This document shows, one piece after another, positions 1-12,059 of a DNA stretch of 64,000 bases (within the stretch, counting starts at the first letter, position 1; the number at the start of each line of letters is the position of its first letter). The stretch lies in the NCBI GenBank assembly GCA_030390025.1, contig CM059432.1:148616001-148680000 (forward strand), written 5' to 3'. This DNA is from Squalus acanthias. Taxonomy: Eukaryota. Made by a program: the position numbers and the translations under genes. The notes beneath the pieces are model-generated. The model saw only the letters and a list, made by a program, of their open reading frames with translations. It ran no database searches and was not told the origin of the DNA.

Positions 1-1635
1 TACATAATCTAATTCCACGGAGCACTTCGGTCCCCGCCACAATCTCTGTTCCCTAGCAACCGACTCCATCCCTCTCCCTGGCCACTGTCTGAGGCTGAAC
101 ATGGTAAATACATGGCAGATGCAGTATAACCTGGATAAATGTGAAATTATCCACTTCGGTGGGAAAAACAGAAAGGCAGAGTATTATTTAAATGGTGATA
201 GATTGGGAAATGTTGATGTACAGAGGGACCTGGGTGTCCTTGTACACCAGTCACTGAAAGCAAACATGCAGGTGCAGCAAGCAGTTAGGAAGGCAAATGA
301 TATGTTGGCCTTCATTGCAAGTGGATTTGAGTACAGGAGCAAGGATGTCTTACTACAGTTATACAGGGCCTTGGTGAGACCACACCTGGAGTACTGTGTG
401 CAGTTTTGGTCTCCTTACCTAAGAAAGGATATACTTGCCATAGAGTGCAGCGAAGGTTCACCAGACTGATTCCTGGGATGGCAGGACTGTCGTATGAGGA
501 GAGATTGGGTCGACTAGATCTGTATTCACTCGAGTTTAGAAGAATGAGAGGGGATCTCATTGAAGCGTATAAAATTCTGACAGGGCTAGACAGACTGGAT
601 GCAGGGAGGATGTTTCCCCTGGCTGGGGGGTCGAGAACAAGGGGTCACAGTCTCAGGATACGGGGTAGGACATTTAGGACTGAGATGAGGAGAAATTTCT
701 TCACTCAGAGGGTGGTGAACCTGTGGAATTCTCTACCACAGAAGGCTGTGGAGGCCAAGTCACTGAATATATTTAAGAAGGGGATAGATAGATTTCTAGA
801 CACAAAAGGCACCAAGGGGTATGGGGAGAGAGCGGGAATATGGTATTGAGATAGAGGATCAGCCATGATCATATTGAATGGCGGAGCAGGCTCGAAGGGC
901 TGAATGGCCTACTCCTGCTCCTATTTTTCTATGTTTCTATGTTTCTCTATGAACCAGACTGTTCACAACCTCAGCATCCTATGTGACCTTGAGCTGAGGT
1001 TGCGACCCTATAATCCTCTCCATCACCAGGAGTGCCCGTCTCGGCAGCGGCCTCAGCTCATCTACTGCTGAAACTCTCATCCATGCCTTTGCTACCCCTA
1101 GACTCAACTATTCCAACGCTCTCCTGGCCGGCCTCCCACCTTCCACCCTTTGTAAACTTGAGCTCATCCCAAACTCTGCTGCCCGTATCCTGACTCACAC
1201 CAAGTCCCGTTCACCCATCATCCCTGTGCTCACTGATCACATTGGCAATGCCTCGATTTTAAAATTCTCATCCTTGTTTTCAAATCTCACCATGGCCGCG
1301 CCCTTCCCTATCTCTGTAACCTCCTCCAGTCCTACAACCCTCCGAGATCTCCAATTCTGGCCTTTTGGACATCCCCGATTTTCATCGCTCCGCCATTGGC
1401 GGCCGTGCCTTCAGCTGCCTAGGCTCTCAGCTCTGGAATTCCCTCCCTAAACCTCTCCAATTCTCACTGAAACTCTCTCCTCCTTTAAGACACTCCTTAA
1501 AACCTACCTCGTTGACCAAGCTTTTAGTCACCTGTCCTTATATCTCCTTATGTGACTCGGTGTCAAATTTTATTTGCTAACCCTCCTGTGAAGTGCCTTG
1601 GGACATTTTACTTCGTTAAAGGTGCAAGTTGTTGA
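1..1635 (+). mobile_element. L2-clade LINE 3' fragment (1-100 and 951-1635), split by a CR1 insertion
   Basis: Matches the reverse complement of the L2-like copy at 37650-38730 across the break (CTGAGGCTGAAC|CAGACTG). Degenerate L2 ORF2 C-terminal motif GGRAFSCLGSQLWNSLP. Confidence 0.8.
101..949 (+). mobile_element. 5'-truncated CR1 LINE (ORF2 C-terminus with frameshift, 3'UTR, (ATGTTTCT)n tail)
   Basis: Peptides RDLGVLV, LYRALVRPHLEYCVQFW and RRNFFTQRVVNLWNSLP; octamer tail; TGAAC duplicated at 96-100 and 950-954. Confidence 0.93.
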
Positions 1636-2780
1636 AGATGTCGCGCATCATTCAGAATTTACAAAATAGTCCTTTTTTAATAAATGTTATTTGAGAGAGA
1701 AGACTACTGAGTTTGAGATCATAAAATTCCTGCAGTACACTTCAAAGGTGAGTGTGACCGCGATATTGAAGCTAATTTTTGGGGGGGAAATGTCATTAGA
1801 TGAGAAGAGTGAGAGTCATCGATTGATCTTGTCCTTTTTAAACAGTGTTTTTGTGGGCATGTGGGTAATATCTGGTCTATTCCAAGGGCCTCCCCATCCA
1901 CCGCGAAGAGTAAAGGCTCCTGAGTCACCCTGACTGAATTGGGCCAGTGCCGACAACTTTGTGAAGCTTTATGCTGCGGCCTGGACTGTGAATATTGCCT
2001 TGAAGGTGCCTCCTTGCTTGACTAAAATCGTATTGTTTGAGAATCCAGGACAGGATGATTTATCGTGGTGTTCTGCTGAAATATTTTTTGTGAGCAGTTA
2101 CTTAACAAAGCCTGCACAGGGCTCTTTCTGGAGTTTACCACTGATTTACATGGGTTCTGTGAAGTATGCCAGGAATGCAGGCCTGCATATTTATCCAATA
2201 CCATGACAACATCCAATCTGGCCCACTATCAAATTCATCTAAAATGTTGATCCTTTGATCCCCCCCTACCCCCAACCCAATATTTAGCTAGAATTCTTCC
2301 ACGTGCAATAACTCCACCCCAACGAGGGCAAAGATAACGAGTTCCCTTCACACCAAATGGTAGTGCAAGAGATTGACTCATTTACATGTCAATCAATTAG
2401 CAATCTGGGCATCTCTCTATCTCTACTCTCTTTGTTCATATTGACTGTTTACCTCCCGTCTCTCGAAGGTTGGACATTTACAATGGGCTATTTAACAGAG
2501 TTTAATCGAGGCATGCTAGGGAAGATTTTTTGAATGCATGCTCCCGATGCAGAGTCTCGCACATTAGAAACACAACTTTGAGAGCGCAACCTCTCCAAAT
2601 GCACCACAGCTCTGACCTTTGCAACTGCAGTCAAACCAATGGTGGACTGACAAATGAATGAGGAGAGTGAATGATGGAGAGATGCATGGATTGCTAATTG
2701 CTACACACCCGTGATTTCCCGACACGCACTCTATAAGCGGGCAAGGCTCTGCACTGGGAGTGCGTGATTGGAAAGCATAC

Positions 2781-2898
2781 CCTACCGTCCGTATACTCTA
2801 CAGTGAGGTAGAATAAACCATCCTGGTGCGCTAATTCACTCAGTATAAGCAACAGCATCGAGGTCATCCTGACCCAATGAGAACACCAGCATGACACG
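2781..2898 (-). CDS. Candidate exon of unidentified minus-strand host gene (..SELAHQDGLFYLTVEYTD..)
   Basis: Strong acceptor TTTTTACCCTGTTTGTATTCTCAG; donor candidates at 2785 (GTAGG) and 2780 (GTATGC); open frame; non-repeat sequence. Confidence 0.35.
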
Positions 2899-3299
2899 CT
2901 GAGAATACAAACAGGGTAAAAAGGGCGAGGGGAGTATTTGTTTACTTAGCTGACAGATTGGAACCACTGTCCAGCTTCCAAACTGCAGCAATGACTGCTT
3001 ATATATGGTCACAGTCATGTGAGAAAGAAATGAACGACTGGTAAAAAAATCAATTTAATCCTAATACAGCATAAACCAGTTGTTATACAGTTTACACAGT
3101 AACAGTTTCAGGCAGGAGAAGCCCTTTCGGTCCATCTAGCCCACCTACCCACAGAATTCCCTGTCTGCATTTGTAATAGCCCTGAATCCCATTTGTTGGC
3201 ACGAAGCTGCCTAGTTCTTTCTTGAGTTTCGTTGTTCCACCACCCACCTGTTCCACATACTTACCGCCCTTTTACTAAAATGTTCTACCTCTACTTCCT

Positions 3300-3500
3300 A
3301 TTTTCTTTTGTTGCCCTTAATTTTCTAAATACAAGCCCTTGTGCTTAAATCCTGTACACGGCAGAAATGTTTACTTGGGTCTAATTCGTCCAAACCTTTC
3401 ATAATTTTGAACACTTCCAGCAAATCCCCTCTCTGTCTTCTCTTTTCAAGAGAGAAAGGACCTCGGGTAGTCAATCTTTCCTCACACGCCATTCCCTGTT
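3300..3500 (-). mobile_element. Old CR1 3' fragment
   Basis: FSLEKRRQRGDLLEVFKIMKGLD motif. Confidence 0.7.
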
Positions 3501-3851
3501 GAGTTGTATGTGAAGAACAATCTGAAGTTGCATTTCTGACAAAAAAGACAATTACTCCTAAATTAAGAACTCGGGGCTGGGAGACGGATGTGGCATGAAC
3601 AATTGGCACAAAGATTCATGAGAACCTGATAAGTCCCAAGCAAAAAACACAAACAAGACAAAAATGGTCCAAAAATATTGCAGATACTAAGTATTAAGTG
3701 CTTCGTGGTTACTTCCAACCACAATCTCAAACAGAAACATAATAGCAGGAGTGTGATTCACAGCCTCCAGTAGAACTAGCTGACAGCCAAACCGCAGACT
3801 GGTTATAACAGGCGAGTGTTAGCTTGGCTCAATGGTAGTATACTTCTCCAT

Positions 3852-4505
3852 GGGGGTGATTTTGCCAATGGGGGCGCGTTGGAGGCGGGACTGCTGCTTG
3901 TCGGGTTTCAGTCCCGCCTCCATCGACTTCTGGCCAACCCACGCTATTTTCCCTTGATTGACCTTGTTAAGCCCGCCCGCTGTCAAACACTGACATTCTC
4001 TGTTGTTTGATGAGTCCTTGCAGTCAAGACTCATCAAACCTCTTTTGTGAGCAGAAATTAGATGGCTGTTGCATTGGAGAATGCAGCAGGCATCTGTCAT
4101 CTCTGCCGGTGAGATGCGAGAGTTTCCGCATCCCCAACTGTTGAAGTCTGCAGGAAGAAACAAAGGTAAGTAACCATTTTCTATCACTTTCCACTCACCT
4201 CACATACTCACCTCTCCACACTTGCACCCATCACTTACCTCCACAGCGCACTTTTGCACCCCTCCAACCCCCACAGACCCACTGCTCGCCCCGGTGACCC
4301 TGGCGGGGTTTCCCGACGTCGGGAAGCCCGCGCCTCTGCTGGAAAAATGGGGATAATCCTGTTAACTACCTGTTAACAGACAGTTAAGTGGCTGTAATCC
4401 CCTTCCCACCTCCAGGAGACGGGTCGGAGGCGGGTTGGGGCGGGATGGGTACCCGCCCCCAGATTCTGCCATTTTCCCGGCAGTCCCGCCTCCAAAATCC
4501 AGCCC
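3852..4505. mobile_element. Non-autonomous GGG-terminated DNA element (Harbinger-type MITE), same family as 14053-14740
   Basis: Left end GGGGGTGATTTTG and right end CAAAATCCAGCCC are imperfect TIRs; long homology to 14053-14740; internal AAAG|GTAAGT donor-like motif. Confidence 0.6.
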
Positions 4506-5199
4506 TATGAGTCAGAAGGTCGCGGGTGCAAACCCCACTATGTACTGGAGCACAGAATGTCGGCTGGCACTTCAGTGCAGTACTGAAGGAGTGTTGCATT
4601 GCTGGCTTTGGCCTCTTTTGGATGGAACATTGAACTATTTGAAAACGAGCATGGAGAACTCCTGAGGACTGTACTCCACGAGTTAAATGGGTGTAACGAG
4701 GGTGGGTGAGGGAAGAAAACCAGGCAAGGAGCAAGAAGCCATTCCACCAATGCTACTTCCATGATTTCAGGAGTACAACACAACTGCCCGAATATGGCTG
4801 GTGTATTTCAATCAGATGCAAATGAGGGGAATGATAAGACTTATTTCCTATTATTTGCGCCTTAGCAACACTGGTTATTCCTGGACTTAAAAAGTAAATA
4901 AAAAAATAATTTTTTTTTTTTAAATTGAGCAATTAATCATCGGAAGGAGATTCAGAAAATAATCATCGCAAACTTTTGCACCATGCTGTGGCAGACACTG
5001 CAACCTTCACCCCTCTCTCAGCCCCACACAAGACGGGCAACCTGGCAGCACTGGGAGCAGAGGTCCAGAGCAGGGGTCAGGGACAGCAGAGGTCCTCAAT
5101 AAGCTATTTGTCATCAATAAGCAAATCATTTCCCTCGTGTCCTGACAACATTGCTTCCTTAATCAAAACAAGCAAAAACAATGAACTAGGCACTCATCT

Positions 5200-5671
5200 C
5201 ATTTGGGATGGCAGGAATGACATACGAGGAGAGATTGGGTCGATTGGGCTTATACTCGCTGGAGTATAGAAGAATGAGGGAGGATCTCATCGAAACATAT
5301 AAAATTCTGACAGGTCTGGACAAACTAGATGCAGGAAGGATGTTCCCGATGGTCGGAGAGTCCAGAACCAGGGGTCATAATCTACGGATAACGGGTAAGC
5401 CATTTAGGACAGAAATGAGGAGGAATTTCTTCACCCAGAGAGTGGTGAACCTGTGGAATTCTCTACCACAGAAGGTAGTTGAGGCCAAGTCATTAAATAT
5501 ATTCAAGAATGAGTTAGATATATTTCTTAAAGCTAAAGGTATCAAGGGATATGGGGAGAAGGCAGGTACAGGGTACTGAGTTTGGATGATCAGCCATGAT
5601 CTCATCGAATGGCGGAGCAGGCTCGAGGGGCCGAATGGCCTACTCCTGCTCCTATCTTCGATGTTTCTATG
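5200..5671 (+). mobile_element. 5'-truncated CR1 LINE 3' end
   Basis: ORF 5208-5579 is the CR1 ORF2 C-terminus; 3'UTR and ATGTTTCT tail follow. Confidence 0.92.
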
Positions 5672-6085
5672 TTGCTGTGTGTGGGACCTTGCTGTACCCA
5701 GCTTGGTTGCTGCATTTGCCCACATAACAACAGCCACTTCAGTACACTTCAAAAAGAATCCACTGATGGTACTTTGGGGCATCCTGAAGATGTGATAAGG
5801 TGCATCGCTGGTAGGTACAGGGCTGTTATTAATTTTCAGACTGCAGCAGTTTAAGGGTTTAATTGATAATCTGCATTGGGGTGGCAGCATATGAACGTTT
5901 AACACATTGCCCGGTTACTTAAGCAGAGATTTAATACTTCCACTGTAATAGTGGACACGGAGTAATTTCAGATAAATGGGTTTAAGGGTTAGTAAGTGAG
6001 TATCCCATGATATAATTTTAGGGCGATTGTTTTTATAGGTAAAATAGTTAAGCTAAATCAAGGAATGTAACAGAAACTTTCATCT

Positions 6086-6322
6086 AAAATAACAACAGAA
6101 AACACTGGAAAAACTCAGCAGGCCAGGCAGCATCCGTGGAGAGAGAAACAGAGTTAACGTTTCAGGTCGAAGACCTTTCGTCAGAACTGGAAAAAAGCCG
6201 GAAATGAAATAGATTTAAAGCAAGGATAAAGCTGGGAAAAGGGGGAGGAGATGAAAGAACAAAAGGAGAGATTAAGAGACATTGAGAGACATTAAGAGAT
6301 AATCAAGGCAAGAGGAGGTGTT
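6086..6322 (-). mobile_element. Penelope-like element 3' tail fragment
   Basis: Homologous to the 3' end of the GIY-YIG-bearing copy at 28822-29446; TSD ACTTTCATCT at 6076-6085 and 6323-6332. Confidence 0.85.
6152..6188 (-). ncRNA. Minimal hammerhead ribozyme motif (PLE type)
   Basis: Minus strand reads AGTT-CTGACGA-A-AGGTC-TTC-GACCT-GAAA-CGTT-AACT: conserved core, 5-bp stem II, palindromic ACGT stem III, 4-bp stem I. Confidence 0.8.
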
Positions 6323-7218
6323 ACTTTCATCTCCCTGATTCCCACATTATTTTTTACATAAATGTTGCTCGGTCTCTGGAAGTTAGTTGGCTTTCCTGCT
6401 CTCCCTCCCTCCTGCTCCTCCCCAAATAGTTTCCTGTCCTTTCCTTCCCTGCTGAGGTTTTCTGGCTTGGATGAAGCTTGAGACCTGATTACGGTGGACC
6501 TTAACTTACTGACGTGTGTAAAGTTTGGAGATCGGTCTGAATGGCTGTTTTGCAGGGGCAAGCAAGGACATATTTGCGAATATGGCATGCGGGAGACTCA
6601 GGGTCAGTCTGTGGGCCAACCCTGGTTGGAGAGGAGGTGAATAGGACTGAGAAGGAGGAAGTGAAGTTCCAAAATTGGCTGCTCCTCGGTAACGTTCCTC
6701 ATTCTGAAACTAGTGCCGGCGAACTCCAGTGTCAGGAGCTGGTCACAGCAAAGTGCCTGGACAGGAGGTGGCAGCAAACTATTTAAAACAGTGGGCCATT
6801 CAGCCACTCAATTAAAATGAGATACATACTCAAGAGTGTTTAGTGAGTGGATTCTATTCTTAAAGTTGGGAGCAATTCATTCCCAAATGTGCCCCAAAAA
6901 CAGTGAAGTTATTCTGGCGTAGAGTTCCAGTGCAATTCGCCTGAAATTGGCCAAACCAGCGTAAAAGATTGAGGAATTTTAAGCGCAAGATACATCGAGC
7001 GTAACTCGAGATTCCGCGATCTTTAATGTTGGTTTAAAAAGACATTGTGATGGAACCCGGCCCCGCCCACAATACTGGCCACGCCCCCAGATCGAAATAA
7101 TGAGCATGGCGAGTTTCCATTGGTTGCGTCCGTTTGCGACCGTTCAAGAAGGCTTTACAAATTAAGCTTTTTCTTTAGGCGCAAAGGCACTGGTAGGCAT
7201 GTTTTAAAAGTTTTTAAA

Positions 7219-8070
7219 CAGTGAGGAAGATAGTAACAGACTTCAAGAGGACATAGACAGGCTGGTGGAATGGGCAGACACGTGGCAGATGAAATTCAAT
7301 GCAGAAAAGTGTGTGGTGAAACATTTTGGTAGGAAGAATGAGGAAAGACTATACACACTAAACAGTACAATTTTAAAGGGGGTGCAGGAACAGAGAGACC
7401 TGGGGGTGTTTGTGCACAAATCTTTGAAGGTGGAAGGACAGGTTAATAAAGCAGGTAATAAAGCACGTGGGATCCTGGGCTTTATAAATAGAGGCCTAGA
7501 GTACAACAGCCAGGAAGTTATGCTAAACCTGTATAAAACACTAGTTTGGCCCCAGCTGGAGTATTGTGTCCACCACTCTTTAGGAAGGATGTGAAGGCTT
7601 TGGAGAGGGTGTAGAGGAGATTTACTAGAATGGTTCCAGGGATGAGGGATTACAGTTACGTGGATAGACTGGAGAAGCTGGGGTTGTTCTCCTTGGAGCG
7701 GAGCAGAGAAGGTTAAGAGGAGATTTGATAGCGGTGTTTAAAATCATGAAGGGTTTAGATAGAGTAAATAAAGAGAAACTGTTTCCAATGGCTGAAGGCT
7801 CGATAGCCAGAGGGCACAGATTTAAGTGATTGGCAAAAGAACCAGAGGCGACATGAGAAAAAACTTTTTTTACGCAACGAATGGTTAGGATTTGGAATGC
7901 ACTGCCTGATGGGGTGGTGGATACAGATTCAATAGTAGCCTTCATAAAGGGAATTGGATAAATACTTGAAAGAGAAAAAATTGCAGGGATCTGGGGAAAG
8001 AGCGGAGGAGTGGGAGTAACTGGATCGCTCTTCGCCGACTCAATGGGCCTGTGCTGTACTATTCATTGAT
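7219..8070 (+). mobile_element. 5'-truncated CR1 LINE, degenerate
   Basis: WADTWQMKFNAEKC...LYKTLVWPQLEYCV; CR1 3'UTR. Confidence 0.9.
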
Positions 8071-9254
8071 TTAAAAATACTTAATTTACTAAGAAACTGA
8101 CTGGTGTACACCAATGAAAGCAATAAATGGTTCAGTATTGTATCCTTTTTTAATGCATTTTCAGTGATTTAAAATCAGGTTACTCACGGGTGGTAGACGA
8201 GACACTCTTATTAGAAATGCTTATTTTCTGTGATAAACCCATTTTCAGCTGTATTAATAAAACTGCACCAGGTTACCGCTCTTCAATACATCAAGGAATA
8301 TTGAATATTTTATAATGCAAGGGGAAAAAATAAATGATTATGTTCTATTGCACTGACCGATTGTGCTGGTTCATGGAAGATTTTACATTTGTAATTATGC
8401 AAGTGAGTTTGATCGGAAACTTGAACCATGACTTCACTTTGGAAAACCAGCGCAGTTTCAAGCGCAATTTGTGCCCAGATTGCCGGTTGCACCCAAAGCG
8501 GAAAGTCTGCCCTGAAATACCTGACAGTAGGCTCAGGACACGTCGTGAGGTTGGTGCAGCCCATACTCTACACCTCCAGCTGTGCTACCATGGCCAGTAA
8601 AAAGATTTGGAAATACACTGCTGACTGCAGTGAATATTGGGAGATATTCATGTCAATGAAGATGAGTCAATCTTTTATTTAGGTATCTTTCCAGACAAAG
8701 TTAACCAGTTCCTTAATATCGCTCCCGTACTGTGGTTTTAATTCCCATGTTGGCGGTCAATTTCATTCTCTTCCCTCCCACATTATTATTGATTCTCTTG
8801 TGACATTACTATAATCCCAAGGTCAACGATAAGTAATGTTACAGCCCTGGTCTTGTTTAGCATTTTTATTCATACGTGACTAATGGAGGAGGATGAACCT
8901 GCCAATCAAACAATTCAATTTACAAAAAGCATTAATCTAAATCAAACTGATTGGACAAAAATGCCCTTGACATTTGTTCTCTTATATTCACAGGCAGCGG
9001 CATTGCCAAATTTCACAGCAGAGCCAAATTACTGACACTCTAACCAACAGAACTTCCTTATATTTTTCTGCGGTGCAATTCACTACAAGGTACTCCGCTG
9101 CATGTCAATTGTGGTGTGAGGTTTGCAAACTTGCTCACCCTGCACTGAGCATTCTTTTAATATTTAATTACAAGGAGATTTCGTTTAAGTTTCCAACTCA
9201 CAGCCCTTTCATCCGCTCACCATATACTGTCATCTGAATAATACAGCAAGAGTA

Positions 9255-9545
9255 CGTCAACAGCATCTCCCCAAGTCCCACAACCTCTACCACCAAGAAG
9301 GACAAGAGCAGCAATGTCAGGGGAGCACCATCACCTCAGCACAGCATCCTGACTTGGACATGTATCGCCATTCCTACACCGTCACGGGGATGGAATTCCC
9401 TACCTAACACTATCATTGCAGCACTATCACTACAAGGACAGCAGAGGTTCCAGAAAGCTCACTACCACCTTCACAGGACAACTGGGCGTGGGGCAAGAAA
9501 TGTAACGCTGCCAGTGTCGCCCACAAAACCCAAGAATAAAAATAA
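9255..9545 (+). mobile_element. 3' end of a second CR1-group (Zenon-like) LINE family, degenerate
   Basis: Similar to 26090-26505 and 62675-63310. Confidence 0.65.
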
Positions 9546-10199
9546 AGTATGACAGTGAGAGCTGATTTAGAGTTTTTTTATACAATTGCAGGCCGGGGTT
9601 TTCTGCTCATACACTCAATAGCTCATGGTTTTCATTTTCAATGGACAGGAAAATTCTGGACAGACAAGCACAGAGCAAAAAAAAACTGGGGCCAAAATTT
9701 CAAGTGCAGCGGGTTCCTTTCTTGCTTCCTATATTGAACGGAAAATAAATATTTATAGCTAATAAAAGAGCTCTGACTTCACAGGAAATCTGGTGTTCCA
9801 ATGTGTATGAATTAAATAAAGCCCATTGAACAGGGAGCCATACTTTCTGAATCACCCACTCCCCCCGCCGCCCCCCCCCCCATCCACCATTAATTACTTT
9901 TGGCTGCATTATTTCAAAATGCTAAAGGTTCTGTTGGATAATTTGATCTACAAGCATTGCATTTCAGTTCCTATTATTAATAGCCCCACCCATCTAACAG
10001 CCCTCCCAATCAGCACTGCCTCAAAAACACCAAAGGGAGTGAAATTGGTCTTGGACAGTCATGTCAAATGGGCAACAGTGAATCAGCAGCCCGTTCCACA
10101 CCCTGCCCGATTTTCCGTTGACGCCAACACCGCTTCGCTATCACCCATTTCCTACTAACCACCCCCCGCCCACCCCACCAGACCAAACTTATCCCTTAA

Positions 10200-10455
10200 T
10201 TTCAAAGAAGAGCAGGGGAGTTATCCCCGGTGTCCTGGGGCCAATACTTATCCCTCAACCAACGTAACAAAATCAGATTATCTGGTCATTATCACATTGC
10301 TGTTTGTGGGAGCTTGCTGTGCGTAAATTGGCTGCCGCGTTTCCCACATTACAACAGTGACTACACTTCAAAAGTACTTCATTGGCTGTAAAGCGCTTTG
10401 AGACGTCCGGTGGTCGTGAAAGGCACTGGAGAAATGCAAGTCTTTCTTTCTTTCT
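10200..10455 (+). mobile_element. Deu-domain SINE, 3' half
   Basis: CTGGTCATTATCACATTGCTGTTTGTGGGAGCTTGCTGTGCG core; (TCTT)n tail; matches the reverse complement of 57236-57690. Confidence 0.8.
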
Positions 10456-11251
10456 TTAACATTCATGGGCCTAACTAACGTAATACTAATCATCGGTCAA
10501 TATGTTGAGTCAAAGCAAAGAATGCTGTTCACATCCAGGTGTCTGCGGATAACAAGGGCTGCAGTCAATTCTAGGCAGCTAGAAAACAACTATCCTTTTA
10601 TTTACTTATGGAAATGTCACGGTAACGCAGATACCACAGTCCTTTCTATTAGTTTCTGTTGCACAAGCTCCAACCTCTGCTCGCACGGCTCCTTTTGTAA
10701 TAGAACAGGTGCATGTGCTCGTGAAATATAGGGATAACATTTTTGCAATACAAGGCTTCTGGCCCAGTCAAATCAATGCCAGGAAAGGCTGACCTCTGCG
10801 CCCAATTGTCCAATGCACACTCTGTCCAGCGAGGCTCTGAGCTGGGAACTTTGCTTCTCAAAATTCACCCCCTAATACTAGCCAAGAAAGCATAAATTTA
10901 TAAAGGCCGGCCTTACGAATGTGCACTAAAAGCACGGAATCTTGTTCACCAGCCGCGCATATTGGGAAATCGTGGGTGCGCTGCTTTATAATTCCCTGGA
11001 TGCGTTGCCGACGGGCGAGGCTCCCTCCACATCAGCCCCTGTAGTGCCACAGATGCTGCTAGTAGAAATTAATCTTCCTGAACTTTTACGTTTTGACAAG
11101 AACTTCTTGACAGAAAAAAATCGGCATGAGGAAGGGGTACACAATTAAGGAAGTCTGCTTGATGGTAGCCAGACAATGGGCTTCTGTTGGCTGAGTGCGG
11201 TCAATTGAAGGAAAATCAGGTGAGCAAGGCTAGAGTTGGGGAAGATGAAAG

Positions 11252-11490
11252 TAAGAATACAAGAAATAGGAGCAGGAGTAGGTCATACAGCCCCTCGATC
11301 CTGCTCCGCCATTCAATAAGATGATAACTGATCTTCTACATCAACTCCACTTTCCCGCCCTATCCCCATATCCCTTGATTCACTTAGTGCCCCAAAATCT
11401 ATCGATCTCAGTCTTGAATATAATCAATGACTGAGCATCCACAGCCCTCTGGGGTAGAGAATTCCAAAGATTCACAACTCTCTGAGTGAA
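11252..11490 (-). mobile_element. CR1 3' end
   Basis: Reverse complement of the CR1 3'UTR and ORF2 end. Confidence 0.85.
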
Positions 11491-11773
11491 GGACACTTGT
11501 TAGTCATAGCTGAGTGAAAGTCTAGAGTCTGAACCTACACTGGTGCACTAGACTAAGATAAGATAGCCTGGTCCTATTTGGTTGAGATGACTTTAAATGG
11601 AGCTTGTTCTCATCCTTATTGTGCCCATGTGAACCTATGAACCCACAAGGGGGTCACTTTTTCCTGACTTAATAGGATCCCTCGAGGTCATGGTCACATC
11701 CAGAGTTTACAATCTGATCGGGTGAGATCCCTGTGTGAAACTGAATTGCCAATGTGATTCATTCTATAAATAC

Positions 11774-11938
11774 TCGCATCCTTTGCAATTCTTCCTGTTG
11801 CAGTCAAACAACATTAGAACAGCTCCCGGACACCGGCCAAGAAAGTTAATCCTTTCCAGGGGACAACGGATCTGCAAGTCTGCAGCCGAGTTGCAGGAAG
11901 CGCCGAGAGCCGGCACATGGAGGCCTGGCTCTCGGAAT
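11774..11938 (-). CDS. Candidate exon of unidentified minus-strand host gene (FREPGLHVPALGASCNSAADLQIRCPLERINFLGRCPGAVLMLFDCNRKNCKGC)
   Basis: Strong acceptor GGCTTCTTTTGATTCAG; CpG-rich; open phase-2 frame. The donor GA|GTATTT is weak. Confidence 0.4.
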
Positions 11939-12059
11939 CTGAATCAAAAGAAGCCTCTGTTTCAATTTCCCATTTGTCTTAACCAGTCATAAACAGATAA
12001 ACAGCATCCACCTATTGTATTCCAGGTTAAATGATACATTCCCATTATCTGCACCAAGT

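Noticed and set aside
6917..8512. MITE split by the CR1 at 7219
   Set aside because: Plausible, but the TIR match is weak and there is no TSD; not called.
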